Shown piece by piece: positions 34,101-48,700 of a DNA stretch of 64,000 bases. The translations under genes were made by a program, and so were the position numbers. The notes under the pieces were generated by a model. It had not been told where the DNA came from. It did not search any database and saw nothing but the letters and a program-made list of their open reading frames with translations. The stretch's first letter is position 1, and the number at the start of each line of letters is the position of its first letter. This DNA comes from Phyllosticta citribraziliensis (taxonomy: Eukaryota), in NCBI RefSeq assembly GCF_038025025.1, contig NW_027117350.1, positions 868,001 through 932,000 of the forward strand, given 5' to 3'.

Positions 34101-37100
34101 ATTGTCTTAACTTTCATCCATTCTACGAAATGTGATTTAGATTTGAGCGGGTTGGTCTCCAATGGACATTTGTTAGCCACTGTCCAGACGCACACCGAGC
34201 TATTGTGCTCAAGCCGGACGTCTAACATGCCAACGCCCAGCACGCCAGCATCTCCCCTCCCCTCACTACTCTGCGACCACCGCAGCCCTGCGGTCGACGA
34301 CGTCCAGGCCGCGGGGTCTGCAAGTCGACGGAGAGCAGTTGCTGATGCGGTGGTTGTGGCTGAGGGAGGCGCGGCGCAAGGTTGAGATGGATTGCATTGT
34401 CGACGTCGTTCTGGGCTGAATGGCGGCGCATGGGCGTTGTGGCTAGGCGCATTGGGTCCGACAGACATCTTTGGGGTTTGCTTTGCGGTCGCGGGTTGCG
34501 CTTGGATCCCGAGGTTGCTGGACTTTTTGCATTGGGAAGTTGGCTATCAGGCGTCCGAAGTCATATAGTCTTCTTCTGCTCGAGGGACTGAACGATCGTA
34601 GCGGGCTGGTTCGAGATAACCCTGGGGCGGCTGACGAAGATACGTGGTCTCCTAGTCTGCTTCCCTTGTCTTTTCGTTGAAGCGGTAAATTGGCAGTTGA
34701 AGGGATTGCTATAGGAAGACAGGATCTCCGCGTACACGAATACTGCAGATGGAGCCAGCGCGGACGGTCTGGGAGATGGTGGTGCAAGGCGATGAGGACG
34801 CCAAAGACAGTAACAACGAGAAACTCACATCATGGCACTGACTGAAGCAACCATAGAAGAGGCGCTCGTTCAGACTGATGAGCAAGCGCCCAGGAAGCCT
34901 CAACAGTCATGTCTCCTCCAAAAGGATCGCCGAATCTCATGCCAAGGACGACAAGGGACGAGCTAGACTGAAAATCAACGATCAGGCAAGTCGATGGGAG
35001 GGGGTTTGCTGCGTAGCTCTTGCAGTCGAGGTTACCTGTACTCTTACGTTTGCGCTTGTTGCTGCGATCTGCGATCTCGAGGGTCGACGCTACTCAACCC
35101 TGCGGCGAATGGATGCTTGGGGCCCCTGACGCAAACCCACGATTCCCTTGCTCTGTGGCTGTTGGCATTTTGATTGAGCGGCGTGGCGACCAAGTTTTTT
35201 CGGCATCTGGCCGGTCGCTGAACTTCATAATGGTAGCCAGACCGGACCGTAGGGCTGGAGCACCGGGATGCGGTCGGTTGCGCAGGCTGCTTTGACGACA
35301 ATGTCCTCAAAATTGCTTGCAATGCCGCTCGTGCTTGGTCGTTGTGTCGACTCTATCGTTGCAATGTGTGTGCCCTGAGAACTCTGGGAGGACTTATCGA
35401 TGAACCCGGGCATGATGATAGACTGGGGCAGCGCCACCTGTATCCTTGCGGGGCATATATGGGTCATTTGCAGGAGGCGGATCGCTTCTTCTTGTCGGAT
35501 GCTTGCTTGAAAATCATCTTTTTTGTGTTACTCTCCTGGAGCCCGGGTGACGAACATGGTCCATCTAGACGGCCCAAAAGAAATCGAGATCGCAGGGAAA
35601 CCGGTAGTAGTTGTCTGGGCACCCTCGAGTCTTTGGTCCGAGTACCCATTGAACACAGTAGAAATGCTGCGAGTCTAGTTTGAAAATTTCTTGTCTAGGC
35701 TCATCAGGTCGAGCTGTGTCGTCAACTTGGGCAATTGGAGTTGTGGGCATGAGCACCATCAAACATCTCACCTACCTGCTTGCCTTTTCTAGGGCCAAAG
35801 GTTGCTTGGACAGAAAAGGTCAGGTCGAGTACCCCTGTCCTGTGATCACCCTTGGCGAAACAGGAGAATGATGGACATTGTGAGGCCGATGGTCAGACGT
35901 CCGTCATGTGCACCCAAGTGTCTTCAGTGGATACCGGATCTTGAGCTGCAGCTATTAATACACCCACGTGCAGGTAGATCTCCGAAAACGGTCGTACGAC
36001 GGCGACAAGCGGGAGAGCAGCGCAAGAGGCGCACAGCAGTTGTGGTTTCGGCAGCGATTTGACGATGCCAATTCTGCCTCCGTCATGCCTCCTGGAAGTC
36101 GCATGATATTGAAAAGTGTGATGTGAACGCGCATGTGCGGAGAACGGAGTGCCGTGCCTACCTTGGACAGGGCGTGGATGAAATGGCAGGCCATCACCCT
36201 CCCGGACTGTCAATGGTATTGGGATGAGGTGAGCACGTCGATCAGGCCGGGAAGCTCTACACAGTGTTCTCATGCGGTGGTGCGGATAAGGAGGTTGACG
36301 TAGCGAGTTCCAAACAAGGTAATGTTGCGCCGGAGACGTGAGCTCGGTGCAAACAGGTCGAAGGTAGAGTTTGGACGGAGAAAAAGAGACGGATGGCCGG
36401 CGCTTGGCGAAGACTCGCTCGCTCGCTAGCCTCTCGTTGGCCAGGATGCATGCTGGATGTTCATCGCTATTCTCGTCGGTCATTGCCGTCAGCCAGGTCA
36501 AAGGTGGCCAAGACAATGTCGGTAGCTACAGCGAGAGGCATCCTGCTCGAAAGTAGTTCAGTCCGCTCGGAAATAAAGTCGATACAAGTCATGGCAAGTC
36601 AGTCAAAGTTGAGCACTGATGCCGTCGTCCATTCAAGCGGGACGAGGTGGATTCGGCAATTGCGGGGCGCAGCCAGACGTTGGCATTCATCACATTAGAG
36701 GCCGGCGGGGAGCGTTTTTGGATGCAGCGGTTGGTTTCGCATTTTCCTTGGGACACCAATGCTTCTCTTTTCTGTTCTCCTTTCTTTTGGCTCGACAGCG
36801 AGTGCCGACAGATCCGACGGTCGAAAAAGCATGGCAACCCCGTGACGCAACCCACGAGAGTCGGGGCAACAAAGTGGCCAGGGGACGGACGAAGCGTGGT
36901 GGTTCGTAAGGGTCAATGCCGGATTGGGGTGATCAGGGCGTTTGTCGAGGAACGGCTTCGCAGACGCTTGTCCGAATACGGCGGGTGCTGGCATCACGTG
37001 AGGCTAGAGAGATGCAAAGCTAGCTCCAAAAAGTCCAAAGGGACAGGCCTCGGTCCAGTATGATCCCGGTTGTGCTAAGCGACTATCGAAATAAAATCGA

Positions 37101-38575
37101 CCCTGCCCCGGATTGTGGCGACGTCCATGCGGAGATGGGAGGAGGAGCATCACGACCAACGACAGCGACGTGACTGTGACGAGGGCGAAAGGGGAGAGAG
37201 AGAGAAGAGAGAGAGAGAGAGGCGTTGTTGTTGTTGAAATGGACCAGTCCTCGGGGCAACAGTGGGAGTGTGCCATGTCTCTGTGTGGACGGTCGGCCCT
37301 TGCGGGCAGCGTGGGCGTGTGATGCAAGGAAGGGTTCCAGAAACGAGCCAACAGCTTACCCGATGCGGCAGCGGGAGCATATGCAAGGACAGAGCCAGGC
37401 AGGCCTGGCGGATGTTTTCAGCAGAAGCAGAGAGCGGTGGCTGGGGATCAACAGGCGCAAAGGTGATGAGGACTGAAAAGAGGCAAAATAGAGGATGGCG
37501 AACAGAGTGGAGCCGCGGAAATTGAAACCACGAGGCCCAGCGCTGGTGATTGGCGCAGACGCCGGCAGACGAGCCGAATGGGCGAGCGAGAGAAGACGCG
37601 TCGAAGGGTGACGAGGGTGAGTAAGCGGGCGACGGTGGTGTTGTGGTGGTGATGGTCGTGGTTCTGACGTTTGTTCTGACTGTACCGTGTGTAGCCCGAA
37701 GGAGGGATTCCCCGGTGAGCGGCGATTGGGGGGGGCCCCTTTTCCGGCTGCTGAGTGGGTGATGGGGTTGAGTGCCGGTGTTGCAGTAATGTCATGTAGC
37801 TGACGAGCAACGATATATGTTTGTCCAGTATTCCGTAGGTAGGTGTTTTCATCTTTGGAGTCGTGACAATGGCCGTCTCCCCGTCTCGAGCCGCCAACTC
37901 TCCTGTGCCTGTGCCACAGGCAGCTCAGCTCGCGGGCAACGAGCGAAATGAGGGCAGCGTGGTTTGATTGCTGTCTGATCTTTACCCGGATTCGACGCCC
38001 CGGGCCTGTTAGTGGGCCGCGAGAGAGGAGGGAGAGAGAGGTGTCGAGAAGCTGGCCGCCCGCTGCCAGTCCTCACTCCCGTCACACCCAAGTCAGTCCG
38101 AGCCCTGAGCCTGAGCCTGAGCCTGACACCCCTAACCGCACACCACCCCCCCCCCCCCCCAACCCTTTTCTCTCGCCGTCGCACCGCGTCTCCATTGTGC
38201 GCCAGCTGCTGTCTCTACAAGTCAGCCTGCAGCTTGTGCTTGTGATATATCTCCCAACCTACCGCGACCCAGGGCACTCCATCGCTGCCACTCCCGCCCC
38301 GTCCGCCCGCCCGCCCGCCGCCCGCCCTGCGCAGCTGCTGCCAGTCTCGACTCTACTCGACTCCATCCACCAACCTCCATCTACTCCTCTCCTCTCCTCT
38401 CTTCTCTCCCCTCGGCTGCCTCGGACACGCTCGACCGCGCCTCATCTCCCTTCTGCTCAACCTCGCGGCAAGGATCGTCCCTTCTGAAACCCACTTCTTT
38501 CCTCCCTCGCCCTCGACAACCCGAGCGAAGTCGCCCGCCTCGTCAAACTCGCTCAGTCCGTCCTTTGGCCGTCAG

Positions 38576-38802
38576 GTGAGCCTCAATTGCTCCGCGCCCT
38601 GCCCCATCTCTCGCGGGACCCATTGATTCTACTCCAACACCCTCTCCCGCTCTCCTCTCGTCGCACCCGCCCTCGTCGCTGCCCCCCGTCACGCGTCGCC
38701 GCTTCACCCGCCCGAGACCCTGCTGACCTGTCTCTCCCGACCAGCTGTTTCTTAGCCGTCGCGCGTCGACTCGCCGCCAACCTTCTCCTATTCACCTTCT
38801 AG
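38576..38802 (+). other. Probable 5'UTR intron of the G-alpha gene
   Basis: CAG|GTGAGC donor at 38576 and a pyrimidine-rich body. Candidate acceptors at about 38744, 38755, 38802 and 38810, so the end is uncertain. Confidence 0.5.
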
Positions 38803-38835
38803 CCGTTTAGTCGAGCTCGCCTCGCATCCGTCACC

Positions 38836-40081
38836 ATGGGTTGTGGAATGTCAACCGAGGAAAAGGAGGGCAAGCAGAGGAACGAGGAGATTGAGAACCA
38901 GCTCAAGAGGGACAAGATGATGCAACGAAACGAAATCAAGATGCTCCTGCTCGGTGAGCTTGCCACCCGCAACGGGCTTCGGCATGGGTTGCTAACACGC
39001 CGCAGGTGCTGGTGAATCGGGAAAGTCGACCATTCTTAAGCAAATGAAGCTCATCCACGAGGGCGGTTACTCTCGAGATGAACGCGAAAGCTTCAAGGAA
39101 ATCATCTTCTCCAACACGGTGCAGTCGATGCGCGTCATCCTCGAGGCTATGGAGTCGCTAGAGCTGCCGCTCGAGGATCAGCGCTCCGAGTACCACGTCC
39201 AAACAATCTTCATGCAGCCCGCCCAAATCGAGGGAGACTCCCTCCCCCCTGAGGTCGGCAACGCCATTGCAACCCTCTGGAAGGATGCCGGTGTTCAGGC
39301 CTGTTTCCAACGGTCGCGCGAGTACCAGCTGAACGACTCGGCCAAGTAGTAAGTAGCGACACTGTCTTGCCCGGGTGTTCCTGTTTCAGGCGCGCCGGCT
39401 TTGGTCATCCATGTCTGCTAACTCGCCCAAGCTACTTTGACTCGATCGAGAGGATCTCATCCCCCGACTACATCCCCAACGACCAAGATGTCCTCCGCTC
39501 TCGTGTCAAGACGACCGGTATCACCGAAACCACCTTCATCATTGGCGACCTCACCTACCGCATGTTCGACGTTGGTGGTCAGCGTTCGGAACGCAAGAAG
39601 TGGATCCACTGTTTCGAAAACGTCACCACCATTCTTTTCCTGGTCGCCATTTCCGAGTACGATCAGCTGCTTTTCGAGGACGAGACGGTCAACCGTATGC
39701 AGGAAGCTCTCACCCTCTTCGACTCTATTTGCAACTCGCGGTGGTTTGTCAAGACGTCAATCATCTTGTTCCTGAACAAGATTGATCGCTTCAAGGAGAA
39801 GTTGCCCGTGTCGCCTATGAAGAATTACTTCCCCGACTACGAGGGAGGCTCCGACTATGCTGCCGCATGCGACTACATCCTCAACCGCTTCGTGTCGCTC
39901 AACCAACACGAGACGAAGCAAATCTACACGCACTTTACGTGCGCCACGGACACCATGCAAATCCGTTTCGTCATGGCGGCCGTCAACGGTACGTTTGATC
40001 CAATTATTGTGTGAAGATGGCGACTAATTGCGTGCAGACATCATCATCCAAGAGAACCTCCGGATGTGTGGTTTAATATGA
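38836..40081 (+). CDS. fadA: Heterotrimeric G-protein alpha subunit, fungal group I (FadA/GNA-1/MagB type), 353 aa; join(38836..38953,39006..39348,39432..39988,40038..40081)
   Basis: MGCGMS myristoylation start, [41 protein letters not shown] and C-terminal ENLRMCGLI. The three introns give exactly 354 codons. Confidence 0.98.
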
Positions 40082-43000
40082 GAGGCGCAGCCAGCCTGGC
40101 GGGTAAATGAGTAGTCTATAAAAGTAGACATGGAGGAAACGCCCTGTATGAAAGGGCATCTGCAATGTCACATATACGGCGTTTGATCAGTGCGCGGGAG
40201 GGAGGTGCTTCATTCCCACAACGGCATCCGCGACTCTTTGGGGGTTCTTCGGTTTCTTTTCTTGATTTTCTTCTCTGGCTGACAGTGTTTTTTTTTTTTT
40301 TTTCACACACGGGCAAAGTAAGGGATGGCGAAGGCGATGGGGGCGAAGGAAAGCAAAGCGAAGCAAGCAAGTACGCACAATGTGCGTGTGGTTCTGTCAG
40401 TAGCGGTGGAGAGAGGCGGTTGATACCAGCTCTTTTTTTTCCTTTCCGTCCTCTCTTATTTTCTCTCTTATCCCCGATTCAAAGCTTCTCTTTTTTCTTT
40501 TCCTTTTTCGCGTAAAACTCACCGCCGCCGTCACCACCACCACCACCACTATTACTCTTATTACTCTACTATTACTGTACTCTGTTTTGCAGGGCGCTTC
40601 TTTTTTTTTTTTGTTTCGTTGCAGCGGACAGCGGAGGGCGGCAAGGAATGAGGAGAAAGGGTCAAAAAGGAAGGACGATACTGATGGACGCGGTGTGATG
40701 GTGGTGGTATTGTGCTGTTGTTGGACTCTCTGTGTCGTTGGTAATTGGACTCGACGTGGCTCCAGCACCAGTAGCGGCAGTAGCAGCAGTAGCAGCAATG
40801 TTGGCAGTGGTGAGGTGGCGGCGGAAGCAGCACAGTCTGGTGTCCCAGAAGTGTGTGTGGGCGTGGCGTCAGCTGAAGTACCTAGCCGGATAGACAGCCC
40901 ACCGACCTCCTGTACCGCAGCTATCTTGCCTTAGCTATACCAGCCAGGCTTGTTTTTTTGCTCCGTCCCTGCAGCCGCCACACTGGCTACGTACCATGCG
41001 GCAGGTACCTAGGTAGCTACTAGCTTGGAGCTTGGACTTGAGCTACCCAGGAGCTCGTAGCAAGTCGAGTTTATCTTGTACTTATTTACCTACTTCCTTA
41101 CCTGTACCTGTACTTCACCTCCCACCGACCACCTACCGCGACCTTGTGTCGTCGTCTGCCGCATCGGCTTCTATCGCTCTTCAGTTCTTCTCTCTCAGCT
41201 ACATACAGTGCCTTTCCGTCCGTCGCGCTTGCTACGTTCAATTACATAGACGCCCAAGCAAACGCAGCCGCAGCCACATGCACCAACCCTCTGTTTCCTA
41301 CTCGTCGTCAGGTCGTTGACGTGGGTAGGCATTGTTCTCCCTTTCACAAGCAGACAAGACACAAAAAGAAGACAACGACGACAATGACAATCAGGCAGCC
41401 CAGCAAGGAGGAGGCACGTCCGTGTGGGCGGTCTCAGACGCTTGCTTGCTTGCTTGGCCAAACCTCAAACCTGCGGTGCAAACCTCAAACTTGCAACTTT
41501 CAGGCAAGCGCGTTGACGCCGCCGCGCTGGCTGGCGCCTTGCGCCACTCGCCGTCTCATGGTACGAAGATGCGATGCGGCACTGGTGTCTGCAGAGAGAC
41601 CTGTGGTGGTTGGTGTGTTGTGGTGTGGCTACAAGGTACATACGTTTGTCTGTCTGGTGGTGATGCTGCTGGGTTCTAGCTACCTACATGTACGGCTTCA
41701 TGAGTTCACTCACTCGGCACAGCCGGTGCGGATGTCTTTTCGGATTTAAAGGAATGCTCCTTTTGCCCCGTCTACAGGTACCTAGCTAGGTACGTAAATA
41801 TTGATAGGTATCTCCCATGTCTACCGTAACTTACCCACCCGTCCACTGGCGGCGGGCAGGCGGAGCGGAGAGGCCGATGCGTTGGTTGTGACGTCCAATC
41901 CATCGGATGGGTTCATCTGCGCCGCTTCCTTTCCTGTCATGCCAAGCCATGGGACATACACCTACCGCTGCTATGTTTCCTTCTTTTCTTTCTTTGCCCG
42001 TCCGCTCCACTCGTCTCATCTCTCCATCCCATTCCGTTTCTTCTGTCTGCCCCGCGCCGCGACGCCGTCATTGTGCACCCATCACCACCCCTCCATTCCT
42101 CCATCGACGCACCAACCGCCCAAGGGCGAACTCACGCACAAACGCACGCACGCACGTATCTGTCTAGGAACAACGCGGTGGGCGGGTGGCCAGACAAGTC
42201 TGCCCGGCGGCCACATCTAACAGTTATCAGCGCCTCGTCTCGTCTCGTCGCATCGAACGAGCATTTCGTTGCTCCGTCGCTCGTCGTCGCTCGTCTTTTC
42301 GTATCAGCGCCTCGCCGCAGCGCAGACCCCTACCGTGCCCAGGGGACGCCCCCAGCCCGCCAGCAGTAGCTTGGTGAGCGCCCGTGTGGTTCATCCGTGC
42401 GCGCTGGACCAGGGCAGACCAAGCGAGGGTCCGCGGCGGCCGCGGGCTCCTTCTTCGCCGTTTGTCGGTCGGTCGGTCCGGCTTGCTGGTTTTCTTCTGC
42501 CCTGGCGTTGCGGTTGCATGGACGGGGAGGGGGGCGCTGCGTGGTGCGAGCGTTTGGATGGCATGCGGTGGTGGGTAGGGCAGAGGATGGGGGTGTCCGG
42601 GGAGGAAGAAGTGCGTTTGTGCAAGTCGAGGTGTAGGAGGGGTGAGAGGGGTGGGAGAGGAAAAACCATGGGTGTGTTGGTCTAGTAGAAGCGGATTGAC
42701 AATGGCATGGAAAAAGTTGCGGCGCGCGAGGAAAACGATGACGAAGAGGAACAAGAAGAAGAGAAAAGATGGGCGACCATGGAACCCCGGTTCCTGAGAG
42801 AAGCTGCCCAGGGCAACCACCAGGAAGCGACACATCGTATACCACCACCAGCAGATCAGCAATAAGCAACCAAATAAACGTCGAACGGCAAGGAGGAGGC
42901 GACAACGGCGATCATGATGCCCAGGGCCGAACATGGTGATGGCCGTTTCGTGGTGTTGAAAGCTGAAACGCCGCTCACGCTCTGAGCGAGTCAACAACGC

Positions 43001-45720
43001 TGTCTGTCTGTCCGCCGCACATGCACCCCAGGCCCCAGAACCCTACCCACCGGTCCCTGGCGTACCTTGTCTAAAACCATACCCTCGTACATCCCCTCAT
43101 CCGGTACGTCTCGCTCCATACCAGTCTGTCTCCCTCTCCCGCCGTTCTCCAGAAAAGGTTCGCCTACAGTTCGCTCATTCCCTGGAAAGTGGCGCTCCTT
43201 CGTCACGACACCACCGCCACCGCCGCCATGCAATTTCACGCGAGTCATCGCCGGCGACGAGGGACTTGACGGACCAAACGCTATGCCGTCTTTTGTCTTT
43301 GCTTCTGTTGCCCGAGTGGACGGCTGACTGCCCGTGGGCGGCCGGTCTTGACCACCATATGTGCCATCACCGCCCAGGACGACGACGACGCTATGGCTAC
43401 GGGTACTATGCGCGGAGAATATCCCACGCCCGCGCGCTCTGGTTTTGGCTTCTGCATACGCTCGCTTGCTCTGAGGCGGTCAGCGGCATGATGTATCTGA
43501 CCGACGACTGCCCAGCCAGCCTGCCTGCCAGCCTGCCAGCCAGCACCTATCCGTTCGGTGCGCACAGCAGCAACGACAGCAGCGGCGACGGCGGCGGCGA
43601 CCTGCCTACGCGAGCTGGACGCGACAACTAGGTTAGACAGAAAGACGGAGCAAACCAACCAGACAGCCGGGCAGACAGCCGGACGCGACGCAGCTCAACT
43701 CGCCCGATTTTGCATGCTGAGCTGGACTATGTACGTATGTACTGGTGTCGTGCGGCACACACACAGACGTCGCGGTCTAGTTCTCCTTCTCGCGTGCCTT
43801 GGGCCAGGAGGCAGGTCAGTAGGTGAGTGCCTAGGTAAGTAGTGCTGGAAACGGCAGTCGCGCCCGTTTGTACAGTACATGCGTGGTGTTGTGTCGCCGA
43901 GTGGCTGGCTGGCTGGCTGGCTGGCTACTGTGGTGTACACACCTACATATGTACAGGTGCACTGCTGTGCCTGTACCGAGGTAGCTCGACATCGCGTTGC
44001 TGACTGCTTTGACCGACTGCTTTGACCGACTGGCTGACTACCGGTACATACCCCCCATTACCAATATACACGTACTTTACTATATTGCACGCCCTTCTTG
44101 CACCTATAGCGCTTTTACCGAGAAGCACAAGCAGCACCTATATGTCTACACACCTTGTCTTTCTACCCAGCAAAAGCAACTCCCCAGCGAACCCGGCACA
44201 CATCCCCAAACGCATCCCAAACGCCGAGATCGCCGTCTGGGCTTCGTGCATATTTATGTATCAGTGGGTGTATCCATGGGTGTGTGTACTGTACATGCAG
44301 GTAGGGCATTTTATTTCGTGCGTCATGTACAGTACAGGACATACAGTACGGCGGCAGCGTCCAGGCCCCAGCGGCGGCGAGTATAGGACGTGCATGCGTG
44401 CGTGCAGGCATGCGGGCTGACGGCTTGCTGGAGCGGCGGGCACGACAGATGGACAGATAGACAGACAGACAGATGGCTGGATTGATGGGGTGGATTTTGG
44501 CTAGGCGGCTGGGCTGGCTGGATGGACTCCATGCGCGTCGGATTGATTGACAGACGGCGCGCGAGCGAGACCTGTGAGAGAGAGCAAGTGGATGAATGGC
44601 CAACTACTTTACACTAGACGCTTACCGATGCTACGGGGCGCAAGCGAGCTGGGCCTGTCTGGAAGTGGTGAGATACTGCACTGTCCAGTCCTGTCTGCCA
44701 ACTTGCGATGCACACATGGCTGAAACGAATGGCTGCCCGGCCCAGGTCGGCGAAGCGACGAACACACACGGCCGGCACTTGGACAAAGATGATGGGCGGC
44801 GGGAGAGACACGCTGGGTGCTCTCTGCACGGTGGGGTGGCTGGATGCGCGTGTCGCACAGCTACATACATCACACACCATACATACATACATATGCGGGC
44901 GGACATGGGTCTCTGCTGATCACCCCCGGCATCACCGGGGCTTTTTCTGCTGTCGGGTCGGGTCGCTGGATTTCCGGTGCCGACGGCGTGGCGGGCGCGG
45001 CGCTCCCTTCTTCGGCACTGGAAGAGGGATCGATCGAAGGGGGAAAAAGGCGGAAATGCTGGCCGCAAATGCCGCGGCGCGGTTGCGAGTTGATTGGCTG
45101 GTGCGGATGGGTGCGAGAGACTGCTATGTGTGGTTACACGGGCGCGTAGCTGGGGGAATGGCGCTTGGCCTGGCTGATGGAGGTGGTTTGTGGTTTCTTC
45201 GACGCTGAGGATGTATGAAGTGAAGATGTCTGATGTTGGATGGGTACTAGAAGTTGGTGCGCCATGGCGTTGGCATGTTTCTTTGAAGTGCGTGGTGAGA
45301 GAAACAATGCTCACCAGGGCTGTCTGCCGTGATAACGGCAGCTCCTTCGCTCCATCCATGGACAGTGATTCAATTCTCCATAGGCGCAGCCGCAGTCTCA
45401 GGAGACATTGTTGCAATAGATACTCATTGCGCTGAAAAATCAATACTTGAAGATAGCTAGATGACAAAGTGACAGTGGATCGGAAAAAAAAGGCCCATTA
45501 TATAATCCGCCGAATAGGTATAAGGCCAGTGACGAGAACTAGATTACAAGAAAGTTTTTGAAACTGTGCAGTTTTCGTGAGATCGTGCAAGCCATGCAAA
45601 GACGCCGCCAGAAACCAAAAAGAAGATATTCCACCCAGACAGAAGAGAAAACCGCCCTCCTCTTGTTCATACACGCGTGCTGTGATTGTCAATTTGTTCC
45701 GCCGCCTAGTCCAGACGGCG

Positions 45721-48700
45721 CTATTTCCCGCTTCCACTGCCGCTGCTGCTCTTGTGCACCTGAATCTCATCGCCTTCCCGATCCGTAGCATCGGAATCTC
45801 CGTCTTCGTCTTCCTCGTCTTCCTCGTCACTCTCGTCCTCGCTCTCCGCCTCGGTGGCCGCGCCGGTGAACGACGTCCGGCGACTCAGCATGGCCATGCT
45901 CGTGCGCGAGCTGGCCACCGAGTTGACGTGGAAGCTAAAGTCCATCTCGCCGACCAGGCCCTTGACCTCGCGCAGAAGCTTCTCAATGTCCATGGTCACG
46001 CAGCGCGTCGCGATTTGGATCACGGCGAACGCCGCGTAGCCCGGCTCCATGACGTGCTTAAGCGATAGGATGTCTTGATCCAGTTCTTCCAGTCGGTTGG
46101 ACAGCGCGTATGGTTGCGGGGGTTTGAGGTACGGGGGCAGGGGTTGACCGTTCTTGATGGCCGCCGAGAGGAGTGCGAGGAGCGATGTGATTTCGTGCGC
46201 TGTGAGGTTGACGTTGGATAGGAGACGGCGGAAGTCGTGGGCCCAGGCAGTTTCCGATGTTGTGACGGGGTTGGAGAAGGTTTGTGAGGCGAATGCCAGG
46301 AGTGCAATGTAGCGAGTGATGCTGCAAAGCAGAAGCGTCAGAAATTGCGATGATATTGTATTAGACCAGGGGCACTTACTTTTCGACGCAGTTCAAAATC
46401 AGTGTATATCTCTCCCGCGGGAACTTGCCACCGATTGCGAGTTCCCACTTTTGGAATTCCGACGTCGCACGGAGATTCGTTAGCAAAAGAAGCTGTTTTG
46501 AATACACTTTGAGACGCTGTTTTTGCATTTTCCGTCCGGGACTGGTCTTTGAAGTCAAGTCGCCTTCTTCGCCCCGCACGCGCGCCCTGAACGTTTCGTG
46601 AACTATTGAGTAGTAGTTGGCCAAAAGGTAGAGCGCCGAACCCAACTGGCTGCGAAGTTCAGAGTGTTCCGAGATGGGGTAGGGGAAGAAGGTCCAGATG
46701 AAAGCCACTGCCAGACCACCACAGACTGTGGCGAGACGGTAGGGTGCAAGCAAGTAGACTGGGTAGTAGGGCTGACCGTTGCTCTCAGCCTGGATTTTTC
46801 CGACTTTTTTGACCTGGAGTTCGTAGCCGATGATAGTAGTCAGCGTCATTACGCTGATCAAACCGATGATGACGTATCTGAAATTGTCGTTAGCATCATG
46901 CTACACGTAGCAACGAGGTCCGGGGCACATACCGCGGCTTTTTCAAAATTATGTAAAAGTAGCTGGCGGCGCTGATCCAGTAAAAGACGATCACACCAGG
47001 AATGCGGCCGTCGACAATGTACCAGACGATAAACGAGGCGCACATGGCGCCGAATGTCCCAATGATTCGCAGCGAAAAGCTGAAGAGGCTCTGTCCGGCC
47101 GTAGGGCTCATACTAATTGCGACCTATTGCGGGTGAGCAGAGCGCAGTGGTTTCAAGGACTTGACCTTACCATCATCATTGCCCATAAAAGACGTTGCCT
47201 AATAAAGAATGTCTGGGTTGTAGACAAGAAGTTCACAATACCTGAGCCCGTCAGCAACAGCATCCCGCTCAAGCAAAAGAAACGTACCAATAGTCATTGT
47301 AGCACAAGCCACACGGAGGCCAAAGACGGATTCCCTTGATCTTAGGAAGTTAGGGATGGCTCTGATCTTATCCCCAATCTTCTCCACAGTGTTCTCAGGA
47401 GGGAGATGCTGCCGCACTGGATTAGTCTTGAACCGCAATCAGAGGGACGTTGGCTTGCACGCACCTCGGGATCCTTTCGCTTTTTAAATGCGTCGCCCAA
47501 GTGGACTTGAGTTCCGCCATTGACGTCGCCCATCATGTTGTCTGCGCCATGCTCGGCATCTTCGTCCTTGAGGAGGTTGCGGAACCATTTCCTGAGCCGC
47601 TTGTGTCCGGGGACAATGATACGCTTGTGATCAAGTTTTCCATAGGCCACTCGATCGTCGGCCCACCGAACAAATTCAAGAACTTGCTTGGCCGTCGAAT
47701 ACAGGAGGTATTCCATCTGAGAAGACGTCAGCATGTACAAATTCCCTCAAGTTGGGCTACCCACATAAAGCAGAGCGAAGAGCGACCTTTGGCTTACTTC
47801 GCCGGCTTTCAGTTTGTCGCCACAAATGTCGAATTTGTTCGGGTCGTCAAACATTCCCTGTGGAACCTGAATGCCTTTGCGAAGACACCATTCGCTCAAA
47901 GCAATCCGTCGCCCTTCGTAGAAACTTTGAATCTGCTGTTCAAGGTACTCGCTGAAGCCAGCTTCTCCAGGTCGGACATGATTCCCCTTGGACTCGACGT
48001 CTCCAGCTGCTTTTTTCTTGGCCTTCTTCTCTTCTCGAGAAAACTTCTTGATCTTGGTCTGTAATTGTACGTGAGCAAGGCCATCGTCCATGGCCTTGAA
48101 GACTATTTGGAACGGCTCGTGAACCGTCCTCATGATGTCGTTCCAATCTTCGACTAGTCTCCTCCGATCCATTTCGCGAGCTCCGATTTCGAAATTTTGA
48201 TAATTGGGATCTTGGTAGCCGTTGAGTTCGGTGAGGCGTTCGAATATATCGACTACGGAGCTCAGACCGGCCAGCGGCAGCATGACACCACGCAACATCT
48301 TCGACATGGTCTGAAGATCATCAGGGCCGAGATATCCGTAGGCCACTTCGCGCTTTGCAAACGGTAGATCTTGCTGGAGTTTGCCCTGGAGTGCCTGAAT
48401 GGCGGCAACGGATTTCTTCACTGTTTGAGCTTCGGGCTGGCGCTGCTTGTCTCCAGACAAGCCTGTGGAGACCCGGTAGAACATGTCCTTGATTTCCATA
48501 CTTTGAAAGTAATCAGAGTGGGCTTGAAGAGACTTCCTGAGGGCCCCAATGTAGCCATTCATAGTGCCCAGCACTATTTTACGCGACGTGACTGTTGTCA
48601 TGTTAGGAAAAGGGAGCCGAGGAAGAGTTTGATGACGCACTTGGAAGAATAAAGAGTGAAACTCCGGTGGCTATCCCGAAGCCGGTCATGAACGTTTTGA

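Noticed and set aside
34100..38500. Numerous 60-200 aa ORFs upstream of the G-alpha gene
   Set aside because: No coherent codon bias, splice structure or motif; consistent with a long regulatory region.
48592..48640. Apparent frameshifts in the ArAE-like gene suggesting a pseudogene
   Set aside because: Every break is explained by a canonical 46-58 nt intron, and the exon lengths sum to an intact frame.
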